A stretch of DNA of 64,000 nt from Clostridiales bacterium (GTDB taxonomy: Bacteria > Bacillota > Clostridia > Christensenellales > CAG-138). Where the stretch lies: the NCBI GenBank assembly GCA_009779405.1, contig WREI01000004.1, forward strand, positions 52 through 64,051, given 5' to 3'. The notes under the pieces are model-generated. The model saw only the letters and a program-made list of their open reading frames with translations, had not been told where the DNA came from and did no database searches. Positions within the stretch are counted from its first letter, which is position 1. The number at the start of each line of letters is the position of its first letter. This document shows positions 36,953-47,055 of this stretch, in pieces. A program made the translations under genes and the position numbers.

Positions 36953-38113
36953 ATGAAAAAAACAATCTGTATCATACTTTGCACAGCGCTTGTTTGCCTT
37001 GCGTTCGCGAGCTGCAAGGCGGATAAAAACGACCCCTTCACCCTGCACGAAACGCCACAGATCTATGTGCTGGAGGGCGAAGACGCCTTTATGTACATGC
37101 CATTCGTCACACTCTACGAGAACGGCAACGCGCAGTTGTCCCAGCCCATGATCAGCAGTCTTGCCCTGTTTGATATGGGACGCTATGAGGTGAACGGCGA
37201 CAAACTGACCGTAACCCACGGCAGCGGGGCGAGCTGCACGTTTGCCGTCTCCGACGGCGGGGATACTCTGACCCTGATCGCGACAAACCTAATGTTCACA
37301 CAAACCGGCTTGGTCTATACCTATCGCGCAAACGGCATGAAAAACAGCGAAACAACGGAGGGCGAAGCCCTGACCCTCGAAATCCTGCGGAATTTGGCCC
37401 AAAAGGCGCCAAACCTGACGGTCGCTGATTTTGAGGGCTATGCGCATGTCCACGTGAATGGCGACCCGGATATCCACCTATTCGATATCGGCGGCGAATA
37501 TACATTGACGGTCGTGCTGGACGCGGACGGCTATACAAGCTGCACAATCATGCGCAACGCGAGCGGCGAACGCTTTCCCCTGCATCTGAACGGGTCAACG
37601 GGGCTGGTTTTCGACGCCTTTCTCGGGATTACCGAAATCGCGCAATATGAGACGCGGGAGTGGCTGGATTATTTTATGGACAATGATATGCCGTGGAATG
37701 ACCGCCGCGAACTGACCCTGCCCGAGTTTCCGGGTGTTGTCTTTACATGGACAGTGGTGGAACTATATGCCAACGGCGAAGCACTTTTTGGGGGCTGGCC
37801 CGTCTGGAACGTATTTCTGGCGGATCTGACCAACGACGGCAAGCCCGAATTCTGTGCGACCGTTAGCTATGGCTTCGGCATGATCGATGAACGGGTGATT
37901 GTCTATGATTACGCGGAGGGCAAACTATACATGTTGGAAGACCGCGGGACCTACAATTATCGGTTGTATATCGATGACGGGCAGATGCTGATAGGCGAAG
38001 GGAAACTCGTGATCACGCGCACCGATTATAGGGACAACCTCTATTTACGTGACGATGTTTCAGCCGTAACCACTGAATTGCGCATTGTAAACGGCGAGAT
38101 TTTCAGGCCATAA
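36953..38113 (+). CDS. Hypothetical lipoprotein
   Basis: Lipobox FASC; ADLTNDGKPE EF-hand/FG-GAP-like motif. Confidence 0.75.
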   Translation: MKKTICIILCTALVCLAFASCKADKNDPFTLHETPQIYVLEGEDAFMYMPFVTLYENGNAQLSQPMISSLALFDMGRYEVNGDKLTVTHGSGASCTFAVSDGGDTLTLIATNLMFTQTGLVYTYRANGMKNSETTEGEALTLEILRNLAQKAPNLTVADFEGYAHVHVNGDPDIHLFDIGGEYTLTVVLDADGYTSCTIMRNASGERFPLHLNGSTGLVFDAFLGITEIAQYETREWLDYFMDNDMPWNDRRELTLPEFPGVVFTWTVVELYANGEALFGGWPVWNVFLADLTNDGKPEFCATVSYGFGMIDERVIVYDYAEGKLYMLEDRGTYNYRLYIDDGQMLIGEGKLVITRTDYRDNLYLRDDVSAVTTELRIVNGEIFRP

Positions 38114-38132
38114 TAGAGAATCAGGAGACCCC

Positions 38133-39116
38133 ATGAAAGAACACTTCACAAGCAAGCAATTCTATTTCCTGTCACTCGGCAGCATCCTGTTATTGTGCTT
38201 CTATCCACTTTGGATGGGTGTACAGATTCTGTCGGCATACATCCGCGACGGCTATGTGCATGCGACGGACTACCCCAAATACGTAATCCCCTATACGCCC
38301 ATTGCCATCGCACTGATTCTGGCGGTCGCGCTGCTGCCCCTCGCGGTGAAGCTCTGCAAACGCCTTGCGCTGCCTGTGATCTCCGTCTTCGGCGTGGGCA
38401 TGTTTTTGCTGACGGAAATGCTCTTTGAGCAAGTCACCGTATTCAGCCTGCAGGAAGGCGCGGCGAATATCGGCTCCTTTCAGGCCTTCCTCTGCATCGC
38501 GACGCCGCAGGTGATGCAGACCATCGAATTTCGCGAAACGATAGGCGAAGCGCTCGCCGCGCGCTATAGCCCCGTCTTCAAACTGCATTTTTATCTGATC
38601 GCGATCCTCATCGTGCTCGCGGTGATCGGCGTCGTCCACGGTTTCGGGAAGATGATACGTGAGCAGAATTATGAAAAAAGAAAGCCCCTCTTATTGCAAA
38701 GCGCAGCGGTGACCGCCTTCATAGGTCTCTGCATCTTCGCCTGCTTCACGGCCTTCTATCGCACGGGCGAGATTACAGTCGCGCCCGTCTCCGCGTGGCT
38801 GATGGGCATATTCTTTATCGTCTTCGGCCTGACCGCGGGCGTATACACGGGCAGCCTGCTCTATTTCAAAAAACCCCTGTTCTCCCGCGCCCTCCCCGCC
38901 CTGGTTGCCGCCGCCACCACCATCCTCATGTACATAGGCGAACTCGTCATGATGGGCGGCGAGCTCTTCCGCTTCGGCAGCGGCCCCTTCTTCGCCTCGA
39001 TAGGTGCCTGTGCCTTTGCACCGATGGATTGGGTGGTTGTTCTTTTGTCGGGGGTGATTACGTATTTGCTGCTGTTTTTAGTGCGGCACCCTACATTACA
39101 ATTCGCATGCAAATAA
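38133..39116 (+). CDS. Hypothetical multi-pass membrane protein
   Basis: AGGAG RBS; about 8 hydrophobic segments. Confidence 0.75.
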   Translation: MKEHFTSKQFYFLSLGSILLLCFYPLWMGVQILSAYIRDGYVHATDYPKYVIPYTPIAIALILAVALLPLAVKLCKRLALPVISVFGVGMFLLTEMLFEQVTVFSLQEGAANIGSFQAFLCIATPQVMQTIEFRETIGEALAARYSPVFKLHFYLIAILIVLAVIGVVHGFGKMIREQNYEKRKPLLLQSAAVTAFIGLCIFACFTAFYRTGEITVAPVSAWLMGIFFIVFGLTAGVYTGSLLYFKKPLFSRALPALVAAATTILMYIGELVMMGGELFRFGSGPFFASIGACAFAPMDWVVVLLSGVITYLLLFLVRHPTLQFACK

Positions 39117-39167
39117 AAACACCCGGGAAGCAGTTGCTCCCCGGATGCCAAAAGTTCCCCCGGCGTT

Positions 39168-39581
39168 TTATGCCGCCCGCCTGTGGTTCTGGAATGCGCC
39201 GATCAGATAAACCGCGGGCAGCGCCAGGCCGAGAGTCCAGCCCAAAAAGTCAAAGCGGCGGGTCCATATGCAGGTGAGCACATTCCCGGCGACCGAGAGG
39301 AGGACGACGATGATGCCGAGCGCGATGCAGGTCATGGCCTTCTCGGGCCTGGCCGCGTTTTTCGCGCCGGCGATGCCCGCCACCAACTGCATCACGGCGC
39401 CGACCGTAGACAGCAGGGCGGCCAGGGTCAGCATCCAGGACGCGACGCGCAGCGTGGCGGCCAAGAGACCCACGCCCGCCACGGCGATAATGCCGACTAT
39501 AATGGCGATCGCGCCGCCGATGATCATTAAAATGCCGGTCACCTTGAGCAGCATATTGGTTTTCGTTTCCATAGATTCCAT
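39168..39581 (-). CDS. Hypothetical 4-TM membrane protein
   Basis: GGAGA RBS; hydrophobic helices. Confidence 0.7.
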   Translation of the reverse strand: MESMETKTNMLLKVTGILMIIGGAIAIIVGIIAVAGVGLLAATLRVASWMLTLAALLSTVGAVMQLVAGIAGAKNAARPEKAMTCIALGIIVVLLSVAGNVLTCIWTRRFDFLGWTLGLALPAVYLIGAFQNHRRAA

Positions 39582-39662
39582 ATCTCCATATCTCTGATTT
39601 TGTTTATACGGAGACAGTTTGCGCAAAATATCCGTTTTTATTCGGCGCTGCCGCGTATACTA

Positions 39663-39697
39663 TTGACAGAACCACAAGCGTACACTATCATGTACGC
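39663..39697 (+). promoter_or_regulatory. TA promoter TTGACA-N17-TATCAT with palindromic operator
   Basis: GCGTACA-ctatca-TGTACGC palindrome spans the -10, like YefM-type TGTAC operators. Confidence 0.75.
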
Positions 39698-39713
39698 AAA
39701 GGAGGTGGCGTTT

Positions 39714-39962
39714 ATGGTAAACACAAACATCACGAATTTCAGAAAAAATATCTTTGGGATATTGGAGCAGACCATCAAATACAATGAGCCGGTGAATATC
39801 AGCACAAAGGACGGCAATGCCGTTGTGCTGAGCGAGGAAGATTACAACGGCTTGATGGTAACGCTTCAAATCTGCAGCGTACCCGGCATGAAAGAAAAGA
39901 TCGTTGAGGGCCTGCACACGCCCATAGCGGACTGTCTTTCCGAGGACGAGGCAGATTGGTGA
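39714..39962 (+). CDS. yefM: Phd/YefM family antitoxin
   Basis: TNFRKN, EPV.I....GNAV.LSEEDY; overlaps the toxin start. Confidence 0.85.
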   Translation: MVNTNITNFRKNIFGILEQTIKYNEPVNISTKDGNAVVLSEEDYNGLMVTLQICSVPGMKEKIVEGLHTPIADCLSEDEADW

Positions 39963-40228
39963 TGTATAACATTGTCTATACCAAGAGGGCGGCGGCGGAT
40001 ATTCCCAAGCTGAAATCCGCCAAGTTAGACAGCAAGGCGAGAGCGCTGATCGATCTGATCCGCACGGCCCCGTACCAAAATCCGCCGCCCCATGAAAAAC
40101 TTGTGGGCGACTTGCAGGGCGCATATTCCCGTCGGATTAATATCAAGCATCGCTTAGTTTATGAGGTTATGGAGGAAACAAAGACCGTCAAGATACTCAG
40201 CCTTTGGACGCATTATGAAAACATGTAA
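39962..40228 (+). CDS. yoeB: Txe/YoeB family toxin
   Basis: EKLVGDLQGAYSRRINIKHRLVY...WTHY. Confidence 0.9.
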   Translation: MYNIVYTKRAAADIPKLKSAKLDSKARALIDLIRTAPYQNPPPHEKLVGDLQGAYSRRINIKHRLVYEVMEETKTVKILSLWTHYENM

Positions 40229-40301
40229 TCGTTTTCCGTTGACATTGCGCAAAAACTCTGTTAGAGTTTCGGACAAGAACAAATAGAAAATGGGGCGAAA
40301 T

Positions 40302-41066
40302 ATGGAGACGATTATTTGCGAAAAATGCGGATACGTTTTTGACGCGCGCGACAGGTTCTGCGAAGCATGCGGGGCTATTCGAAAGACGGCGGCGGCGCGC
40401 GAAATGCCCGCCCCTCCCCCTCCCGCCCCGGCGAGAGCCTGCAAAAACTGCAATACCCCCTTGGGAGACGAGGACAATTTCTGCATCGCGTGCGGAACCC
40501 CCGCGGGCGCGCCGTCCCAAGGGCAAGGCGAGGATAGCCCCCGGCCCTTTTGGGAGATAAGCGGTTCGATGTTGCGTAAGTTTTGGTATCTGATTCCGAT
40601 TGCGGTGATCGTGATCGCGCTGGTTCTCATCCTCATCTTCTCGCGAAAGGGCAGCAACAATCCTTCCACGACCCCCGAAGCAGGCACGCCCGAACCGACG
40701 GCGGCAATAAGCGAGCCCGCAACCCTTCCGCCCGCGACGCCCGTACCCGTTACGCCCGCGCCCGCCACGCCCGAACCGGTCAACGAATTGGAACAACTCG
40801 TGTTGGAGGGAGAGAACAGGCTCTATACGCGCGAGGAACTGATCGGAAAGAGCGCGTATGAGCTCTCCATACTCCGCAACGGCATGTTTGCCCTCTCGGG
40901 CAAAATCTTTTCGAGGAACAAGGAAGTCAAAGCGTTTTTCGAAGCCTGCGACTGGTACACTCCCTACTCGGAGGATGACGGGAAAGTCCGGGCAAAATTC
41001 AACACATTCCAGAAAGCAAATGTCGATTTGATTTTAGCATTGGAAAGAGAATTGGGGTATCGATAA
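40302..41066 (+). CDS. Double zinc-ribbon, membrane-anchored YARHG-domain protein
   Basis: CxxC...FCxxCG twice, TM helix, P/T linker, L.ILRNGMFALSG..F...F....WY.P. Confidence 0.75.
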   Translation: METIICEKCGYVFDARDRFCEACGAIRKTAAAREMPAPPPPAPARACKNCNTPLGDEDNFCIACGTPAGAPSQGQGEDSPRPFWEISGSMLRKFWYLIPIAVIVIALVLILIFSRKGSNNPSTTPEAGTPEPTAAISEPATLPPATPVPVTPAPATPEPVNELEQLVLEGENRLYTREELIGKSAYELSILRNGMFALSGKIFSRNKEVKAFFEACDWYTPYSEDDGKVRAKFNTFQKANVDLILALERELGYR

Positions 41067-41076
41067 GGCGCGAACC

Positions 41077-41100
41077 GGGCGGATACTATCCGCCCCTACA
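41077..41100. repeat. GTAG-type REP
   Basis: GGGCGGATACTATCCGCCCCTACA. Confidence 0.65.
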
Positions 41101-41281
41101 AAGCTCCACGTACCAACATAGAAAAAACCCACCAGCTTTAATCCATGATTTCCGGCGGCGTGTACGCCGGAAATCATACCTATCATGCGGCTGTGCGCGA
41201 CAGATGAAAGTCTGAGTGCACAGCCGCATGGGAAACCCGCCGCAGCGATCCGTGACGACAAGCGAAGCTTGCCGTCACGCC

Positions 41282-42082
41282 CTATTGCATTGCCGCCCCG
41301 CAATACTCACAGCGCCCTGCCGCATCCGGCACGCAGGTCGCGCCGCAAGCGGGGCAGGCCCGCGCCACCTTCGGCGCGTTGGCGGCGGCGATGTTTTGGC
41401 GCACCGCCTGCCGTACCTGTATGAGCGCCTGTTTGATCTCCTCACCGAGCGCTTCGCATTCGCGATACTCGACATTCTGCCGCGGGTCATGACTGCCGCC
41501 GCCACCGGATTGCAGTCTGAACCCGCCGATGGCTATGCTGCCCGACGGCGTGTAAGTGGGCTTCACTTCAATAGAACTGCTGTTGATGCGGAAGCGTATC
41601 TCGTCAAACCAGGGACTGCTCACGTGAATCACGGCATAAAAATCGTATGAATACGTATAGCGGGGCGGGTTGTAGCTCACCATTTTGCCCTCCGCGTCCT
41701 TGCGCTTCTCCTCGGACTTGCTCTCCTGCACGTCGATATTGCAACCGGTGACCTGCGAAAAGTCCAGCACATCGGGATTCTCATCCTGCCAGCGCCGCGC
41801 GCCGGAGACAACAAACTTGCCGGCGTCCTCGTCTAACAGCACCTTTGTCCCCAGCCCCAGGCTGCGGGTAACGCGAAACCCCGAGACCGCGCTCTTGTTC
41901 TCCTCGCGATAGGCGAGCTGCGCTTTGATGTCCGCCAGAGTGCTCCTCCGCCGATCGCTGAACCATGGCGAGAGGAGCTTTGCGCAGTCCTTGCACATAT
42001 TGCCGTCGTCCAATTTGCGGTTGCCCAAGAGTCCTATCTTGTCTCCGCAGATGTCACAGAATTTCTTGTCAAACAGCCCCAT
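41282..42082 (-). CDS. DUF4428-like zinc-ribbon protein
   Basis: MGLFDKK.CDICG.KIGLLGNRKL.DG.MCKDC; C-terminal CPACG...CEYCG. Confidence 0.75.
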   Translation of the reverse strand: MGLFDKKFCDICGDKIGLLGNRKLDDGNMCKDCAKLLSPWFSDRRRSTLADIKAQLAYREENKSAVSGFRVTRSLGLGTKVLLDEDAGKFVVSGARRWQDENPDVLDFSQVTGCNIDVQESKSEEKRKDAEGKMVSYNPPRYTYSYDFYAVIHVSSPWFDEIRFRINSSSIEVKPTYTPSGSIAIGGFRLQSGGGGSHDPRQNVEYRECEALGEEIKQALIQVRQAVRQNIAAANAPKVARACPACGATCVPDAAGRCEYCGAAMQ

Positions 42083-42183
42083 TTTCGTCACTCCTTAATA
42101 TGATTTGCGACAGCTTGCCGCTATCCTAATAATATACGAATTCATTACCATAATGCAAGCCTTTTACATGCATGTGTTAATTT

Positions 42184-42227
42184 GTAGGGGCGCGATATGG
42201 GCGTCTCCCACGGGAGACGCCGCGCCC
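42184..42227. repeat. GTAG-type REP, long subtype with inner GCGTCTCC/GGAGACGC stem
   Basis: Related copies at 43032-43075 and 51129-51172. Confidence 0.65.
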
Positions 42228-42264
42228 ATGCCAGAGTATTTGATACCCCGAAAGGACCCACCCC

Positions 42265-43035
42265 ATGAAATTCCTCCGCATCCTCCTCATCCTCGCCGGG
42301 CTTGCGCTCGTTGCCGACACGATCTTTGTCTTCACCAGATCCAACTTCAATCTGGGCGTCATCCTGCCCGCCTTTTTCGGGCTGCCGCTTCTGGCGCTCG
42401 GACTCTTCCTCCCCAAAATGACGCGGGGCTTCGGCGCGCTGATGAAGTGGGCGATGACGGGCGGGCTCTGCCTTGCGCTGGTGATTTTGACGGTTTGCGG
42501 CATCTTGATGATCTCGGCCGTACGCGATGAAGATACGGTCGAAGCGGACGCGCTGATCGTGCTGGGCGCGGGCCTGCGCTTTGGCGACCGTATCTCCTTC
42601 GTATTGAGGTCGCGCTTGGATGTGGCGGCGGACTATCTGATAGAACACCCGGACTGTATCGTCGTTGTCTCGGGTGGACAGGGCCCCGATGAAACGGTCA
42701 CGGAGGCCTTCGCCATGGAGAAATATCTGGTTGAGGTCAGGGGCATCGCGCCCGAGCGCATCATACAAGAGGACAGGGCGACCAGCACGGCCGAAAACTT
42801 CGCCTTTTCCATAGAAGTGCTTAACGCGCACTACGGGGAGGACGCGGCGTCCCTGCGTCTCGCCTATGTGACCACGGGTTTCCACGTATACCGCGCCGGG
42901 CGCGTAGCCAACGGCATAGGTCTGCCCATGCCCGGTCTCGCTTCCCGCGACTATCCCTACATCGCCTTCAACAATTTCCTGCGCGAGAGTGTCGGGATCT
43001 GCGTGTATGCGCTGCGAGGGGAGTTTGCGGGGTAG
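42265..43035 (+). CDS. YdcF/ElyC/SanA (DUF218) family membrane protein
   Basis: IVLGAG, VSGGQG.DE...EA..M, EDRATSTAEN, FH.YRA. Confidence 0.88.
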   Translation: MKFLRILLILAGLALVADTIFVFTRSNFNLGVILPAFFGLPLLALGLFLPKMTRGFGALMKWAMTGGLCLALVILTVCGILMISAVRDEDTVEADALIVLGAGLRFGDRISFVLRSRLDVAADYLIEHPDCIVVVSGGQGPDETVTEAFAMEKYLVEVRGIAPERIIQEDRATSTAENFAFSIEVLNAHYGEDAASLRLAYVTTGFHVYRAGRVANGIGLPMPGLASRDYPYIAFNNFLRESVGICVYALRGEFAG

Positions 43036-43126
43036 GGGTGCGATATTAAGCGGCTCCGCAGGAGACGCGGCGCCTATGATGGAGCATATGAAACCCGGTG
43101 CAGGGCGCGATATATCGCGCCCCTAC
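43032..43126. repeat. REP doublet between convergent genes supplying both stop codons
   Basis: GTAG at 43032-43035 contains the DUF218 TAG; CTAC at 43123-43126 contains the TAG of the minus-strand gene. Confidence 0.75.
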
Positions 43127-43818
43127 CTCTCCGGCAACACATGCAGCAAAAATAAGCGTATCCGCTCCGCCACCGCGTATAGAAACGCGGCGTTCGTCGG
43201 CGCGTCCGCTCTCTCCTCGCGGCTGTATCCGAAGAAGGCACGCTGTACGCTTACATCGCCGTCCTTCCACGCACAGAAGACGGAATGGTTCACACATTTC
43301 TCGGCCATGCGCGGCGTGCTGGCACCCACCTTAGCCAGAGCGGGATAGATATCCTGGGATAGATGCAGGGGCGCGCTGTCCGCTTGCAGGAGCATCTCAA
43401 TGGCGATGCGTATATACATAAAGCCCAATTGCCGCTCGGGTACCGACAGTTCGCGCAGCACATGCGCAATCATTGCGTCCAATTGCAGCGGTTGGGCGGC
43501 ATCTATCCCGCACATGCGCTTGAGACGAAAGAGGGCGCGCTCCCAGTCAGGTTCCCCGTGCATCACATCCTGCGCCCAAAAACAGAGCGGGCTCGGGGGC
43601 AAGTCCGGCGGCGCGATATAGAGCACGGAACTGCCCGAGTTCGCGAGACAGGCCTGTTCACGCTCGGTAGCCGCGTGGAAGAACACAACCGCGTCCGCAT
43701 CATTGGCATTGCTGAGCTCGGTCTCCGTCAACAGCACGCAGTTGCCGTCCCGCGCGCATGCGGCGGCAAACTCCGCCCGAAGGGCGTCGCTTGCACCGCA
43801 CAGGAGTATGTGCAACAT
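43123..43818 (-). CDS. Spo0A C-terminal domain protein with highly degenerate N-terminus
   Basis: LSVP....GF.YI..AI, IYP.LA, FGY......PTN..F; GGAGG RBS. Confidence 0.7.
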   Translation of the reverse strand: MLHILLCGASDALRAEFAAACARDGNCVLLTETELSNANDADAVVFFHAATEREQACLANSGSSVLYIAPPDLPPSPLCFWAQDVMHGEPDWERALFRLKRMCGIDAAQPLQLDAMIAHVLRELSVPERQLGFMYIRIAIEMLLQADSAPLHLSQDIYPALAKVGASTPRMAEKCVNHSVFCAWKDGDVSVQRAFFGYSREERADAPTNAAFLYAVAERIRLFLLHVLPER

Positions 43819-43873
43819 ATTGTGTCCTCCCTTTATTTGAATCCGTAAGGGCGCAATATATTGCACCCCTACC

Positions 43874-44635
43874 CTACGATTGCTCCCGCATCTTCGCCCG
43901 CACATGCGCCGCCACGGTGAAAATATACGCAGAATTACTGGGGACGTCGCGCGCCGCGTCCACGGTATAGCCGAAATGCGCCTGGAGACATCCGATATCC
44001 GCAAAGATCCAGGAGCTCGCGATGGCATGGCGCATGCCGCGCTCCACAACGGCGACCGAGCAGCCGCATTTTTCCGCGACGGCGGGATAGATATCGCCCA
44101 TCACCCGCAATTTCGTGAGGTTATCCGCCGCGCAGACCATTTTGACCGCTTCCAGCAGAAAGCGATAACCCTGCAAGTGCGGCGATACGCCCAGATTTTG
44201 CAGCAGCTTTGCGGCCACCCGCTCCGTCTTGCGCGCGTTCACCGACGGCGCGGGCGTGGCACCCGACTGCAGCGCCGTGATCTGCGATATATGTGAGAGC
44301 AGTACGGCGGGCGCGATGGGGCGGACGAAGAAATAGGTCACGATGCCCTTGGTGAAGCGCAGAAACTGCGGCGTGACATAGTTCGTAAGCGCGAAGAGCA
44401 GCGGCGATTTTTCAAAATCCGCGTTCTCGAAGAACTCCAGCACAGACAGGGGATCCGCGCCCGGCAGTGCCAGATCCAACAGCATAATATCCGGCATGGC
44501 GGCACAGAGACGCGCAAAACCGGCGTTCAAATCCGTAAGGACAGAGAACCCCGTAACAGTCGGAAGAGCGGCGGCACTGGTTGTGAGTCCCTCCAGCAAC
44601 GCGGCATCGGCAGAGAGAACGGTGACTTTTAACAT
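43874..44635 (-). CDS. Spo0A-like protein with atypical receiver domain
   Basis: PDIMLLDLALP; LGVSPHLQGY.FL.EAV, IYP.VA, VERGMRHAI, FGYT....PSNS. Confidence 0.78.
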   Translation of the reverse strand: MLKVTVLSADAALLEGLTTSAAALPTVTGFSVLTDLNAGFARLCAAMPDIMLLDLALPGADPLSVLEFFENADFEKSPLLFALTNYVTPQFLRFTKGIVTYFFVRPIAPAVLLSHISQITALQSGATPAPSVNARKTERVAAKLLQNLGVSPHLQGYRFLLEAVKMVCAADNLTKLRVMGDIYPAVAEKCGCSVAVVERGMRHAIASSWIFADIGCLQAHFGYTVDAARDVPSNSAYIFTVAAHVRAKMREQS

Positions 44636-44933
44636 AAGATTCCTAATGGGAACAAATTGTGATTGCAATATGAAAATTATAATAGTATATTAGCAGAAGC
44701 GACACGAATATTCAATGGATTTGCAACATTTCTTTTATTCTTTTTTCGCGCCTTTTTTACATCCGTAAGTCTATTATTATATGAAAAGTTAACACACGGA
44801 AAAATTTCCATGAATAAATCACGAACAGTCGCGTGAAAACTGGAATTTTCATGCAAGCTACAGTATCATAGAGCATGTGAAACTATCCGACAAAGGAGAT
44901 TGTCGGCACGCAGACTATTAAGGAGGCGCGGGA

Positions 44934-45767
44934 ATGGCGAAAAAACGCTATCGCGTGACAACGCAGGGATATTTGGTGCTATCCGTTCTATTGGTCATCA
45001 TAATCGCCATACTGCTGATTGCGATTTTTTCCTGCGCGCCGCAAGATAGGGGAGACGCCTTGGAGACGCCGGGTCCGACCCTTCCCACGCAGGCGCCGCC
45101 GGATCCGACGCAGGATCCGTACGCTGACTTAGAGGACACGCCCGACCCGTACGGGCAGGGTACACCGGGGATGGACATCCCCTCCATGACCAATACACCG
45201 CCGGCGCCCGAGGTGACGAATACGCCCATGCCCACAGTGCCGAGCGGCGTGATGACCACGCCCTCCGCCGATATGATGAACAAGGCGACGGGCGGCGAGC
45301 TGAGCAAGGGCGATGTGAACATGCGCCAGGGTCCCGGCACGGAATATGCCGTCGTGAAAAAAGGACTGAAAAAGGGAACGAGCCTGACCATCTATACCGA
45401 AGTGAACGGCTGGTACTTTTTGAAGCTCAACTCGGACAACACCTATGGGTATATCCGCAAAGATATGGTGAAGCTGAACGGGCAGCTGGGCGCGGCGGCA
45501 ACGCCGGAGCCGGAAGCTCCCCCGAACACGGTGCGGGGCACCCTGAACTCCACGGTCGTATTGCGCAGCGCGCCGACCACAGCGGACGACAGCAACAAGA
45601 TCAAGGAATTTTATGCGGGCCAAGTCGTGTATATCGAATATAAAGAAACCGGATCAGACGGCAAGGTGTTCTACTATCTGACCGTGGCAGGCACGAGCTA
45701 TAAGGGCTATATGTGGGCCACTCTGATCAAGGTAAACGGCACCGTGCCGGATAAGACGCCGGATTAA
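44934..45767 (+). CDS. Membrane-anchored SH3b-domain protein
   Basis: TM helix, P/T-rich linker, VNMRQGPGT...GW...GYI, second LRSAP...GY unit. Confidence 0.8.
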   Translation: MAKKRYRVTTQGYLVLSVLLVIIIAILLIAIFSCAPQDRGDALETPGPTLPTQAPPDPTQDPYADLEDTPDPYGQGTPGMDIPSMTNTPPAPEVTNTPMPTVPSGVMTTPSADMMNKATGGELSKGDVNMRQGPGTEYAVVKKGLKKGTSLTIYTEVNGWYFLKLNSDNTYGYIRKDMVKLNGQLGAAATPEPEAPPNTVRGTLNSTVVLRSAPTTADDSNKIKEFYAGQVVYIEYKETGSDGKVFYYLTVAGTSYKGYMWATLIKVNGTVPDKTPD

Positions 45768-45989
45768 TTGCAGGGGCTCATTGACCGTCCGTAATTGCTC
45801 GTTTTCCGCATCTCAGACGCGCAATGCGCGCCCCTACACCCCCGTCCCATCCAAATCCTGACACGGAACTCAAGACATGATATGCTCCAAAGAAAACCGA
45901 CGGGGACATGCCACAATGGAAGACAATGTTATCTTTTTGGATGAGGATCCGCGCCGGGTATTGCATCGTTTTTACAGCGCAAGAAGCGC

Positions 45990-46839
45990 GAGACCCGCCT
46001 GTACCTGCCAAAGTAACCGGCGACGTCGAGGCGCGCATCATTGCGCTGGCATACAGTGAACCGCCGAAGGGGTATGCAAGGTGGTCGATCCGCGTTTTGG
46101 CGAAGAAAAGCGTGGAGCTGGGCATGATGGACAGTCTTTCGCGCATGACGGTCAGCCGTCTTTTATAAAAACGGAATATAAGTCTCATTTGAGGAAGATG
46201 TTGTGCATACCGCCCAAGCAGAATGCCAAGTTTGTTGCCCGCATGAAGGATGTTTTGGCGGTATATGAGCGGCCATACGATGCGGACTGCCCCGTTGTCT
46301 GCATGGATGAGAAGCCCTATCAGCTTCTGGATGCGCGGCGCGAACCCATCCCCATGAGCGAAAACAATCATATTGAGAGGTATGATTGCGAATACGAACG
46401 GAAGGGGACCTGCTCGATTTTCATGTTCACCGAGGCGTTGGCGGGGTGGCGGCACACGGTGGCGCTCCCGCAGCGGATGCGCAAGGACTGGGCGAATCAA
46501 ATACAGTGGTTGCTGGACAAGCAATATCCAACCGAAGAGAAGGTGGTGTTAGCGGTGGACAATCTCAACACGCATGCCATTTCTTCGCTTTATGAAACAT
46601 TTGCGCCGGAGGAAGCGTTCCGCCTGTCGCAGCGGCTGGAAATCCACTTCACCCCGAAGCACGGATCCTGGCTGAACATTGCGGAGCTGGAGTTGTCGGC
46701 CCTATCGATTCAATGTCTCGGTCGGCGGCGCATCCCGACGATTGCGCAACTGAACGAAGAGCTGGCCGCATGGGGCACAAACCGAATCACCGCACAAAAG
46801 GGAGTGAACTGGCAATTCACCAACGCGGACGCAAGGTGA
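45990..46839 (+). mobile_element. IS630-family transposase relic (5'-truncated, disrupted)
   Basis: ARIIALA.SEPP.GYARWS.R.LA HTH part; DEKP, DNLNTH, TPKHGSWLN.AE catalytic part; TAA at the A-rich junction and an early stop after NADAR. Confidence 0.85.
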
Positions 46840-46919
46840 AGATTTAGATGGGACGGGGCGCTACTGAGGTTGCACTTCGTTCACTCATGCATTTGGCATG
46901 TTTTTATTTGCAAAAAATA

Positions 46920-46949
46920 TTGACAAGCGCCGTCCGCATACTGTATCAT
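46920..46949 (+). promoter_or_regulatory. tRNA operon promoter TTGACA-N18-TATCAT
   Basis: Consensus -35 with A-rich upstream tract; -10 about 30 nt before tRNA-Pro. Confidence 0.65.
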
Positions 46950-46978
46950 ATGGCAGTCGCGCATGCGATTGTGCGTGT

Positions 46979-47055
46979 CGGGGTGTAGCGCAGACCGGTA
47001 GCGCACGTGCTTTGGGAGCATGGGGTCGAAGGTTCAAATCCTTTCACCCCGACCA
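46979..47055 (+). tRNA. tRNA-Pro(TGG)
   Basis: CGGGGTG/CACCCCG acceptor stem, loop TTTGGGA, GGTTCAAATCC, encoded CCA. Confidence 0.95.

Noticed and set aside
45908-46839. Active IS630 with a programmed frameshift
   Set aside because: The 5' end is missing, a TAA lies at the slippery junction, the C-terminus is truncated and no terminal repeats were found
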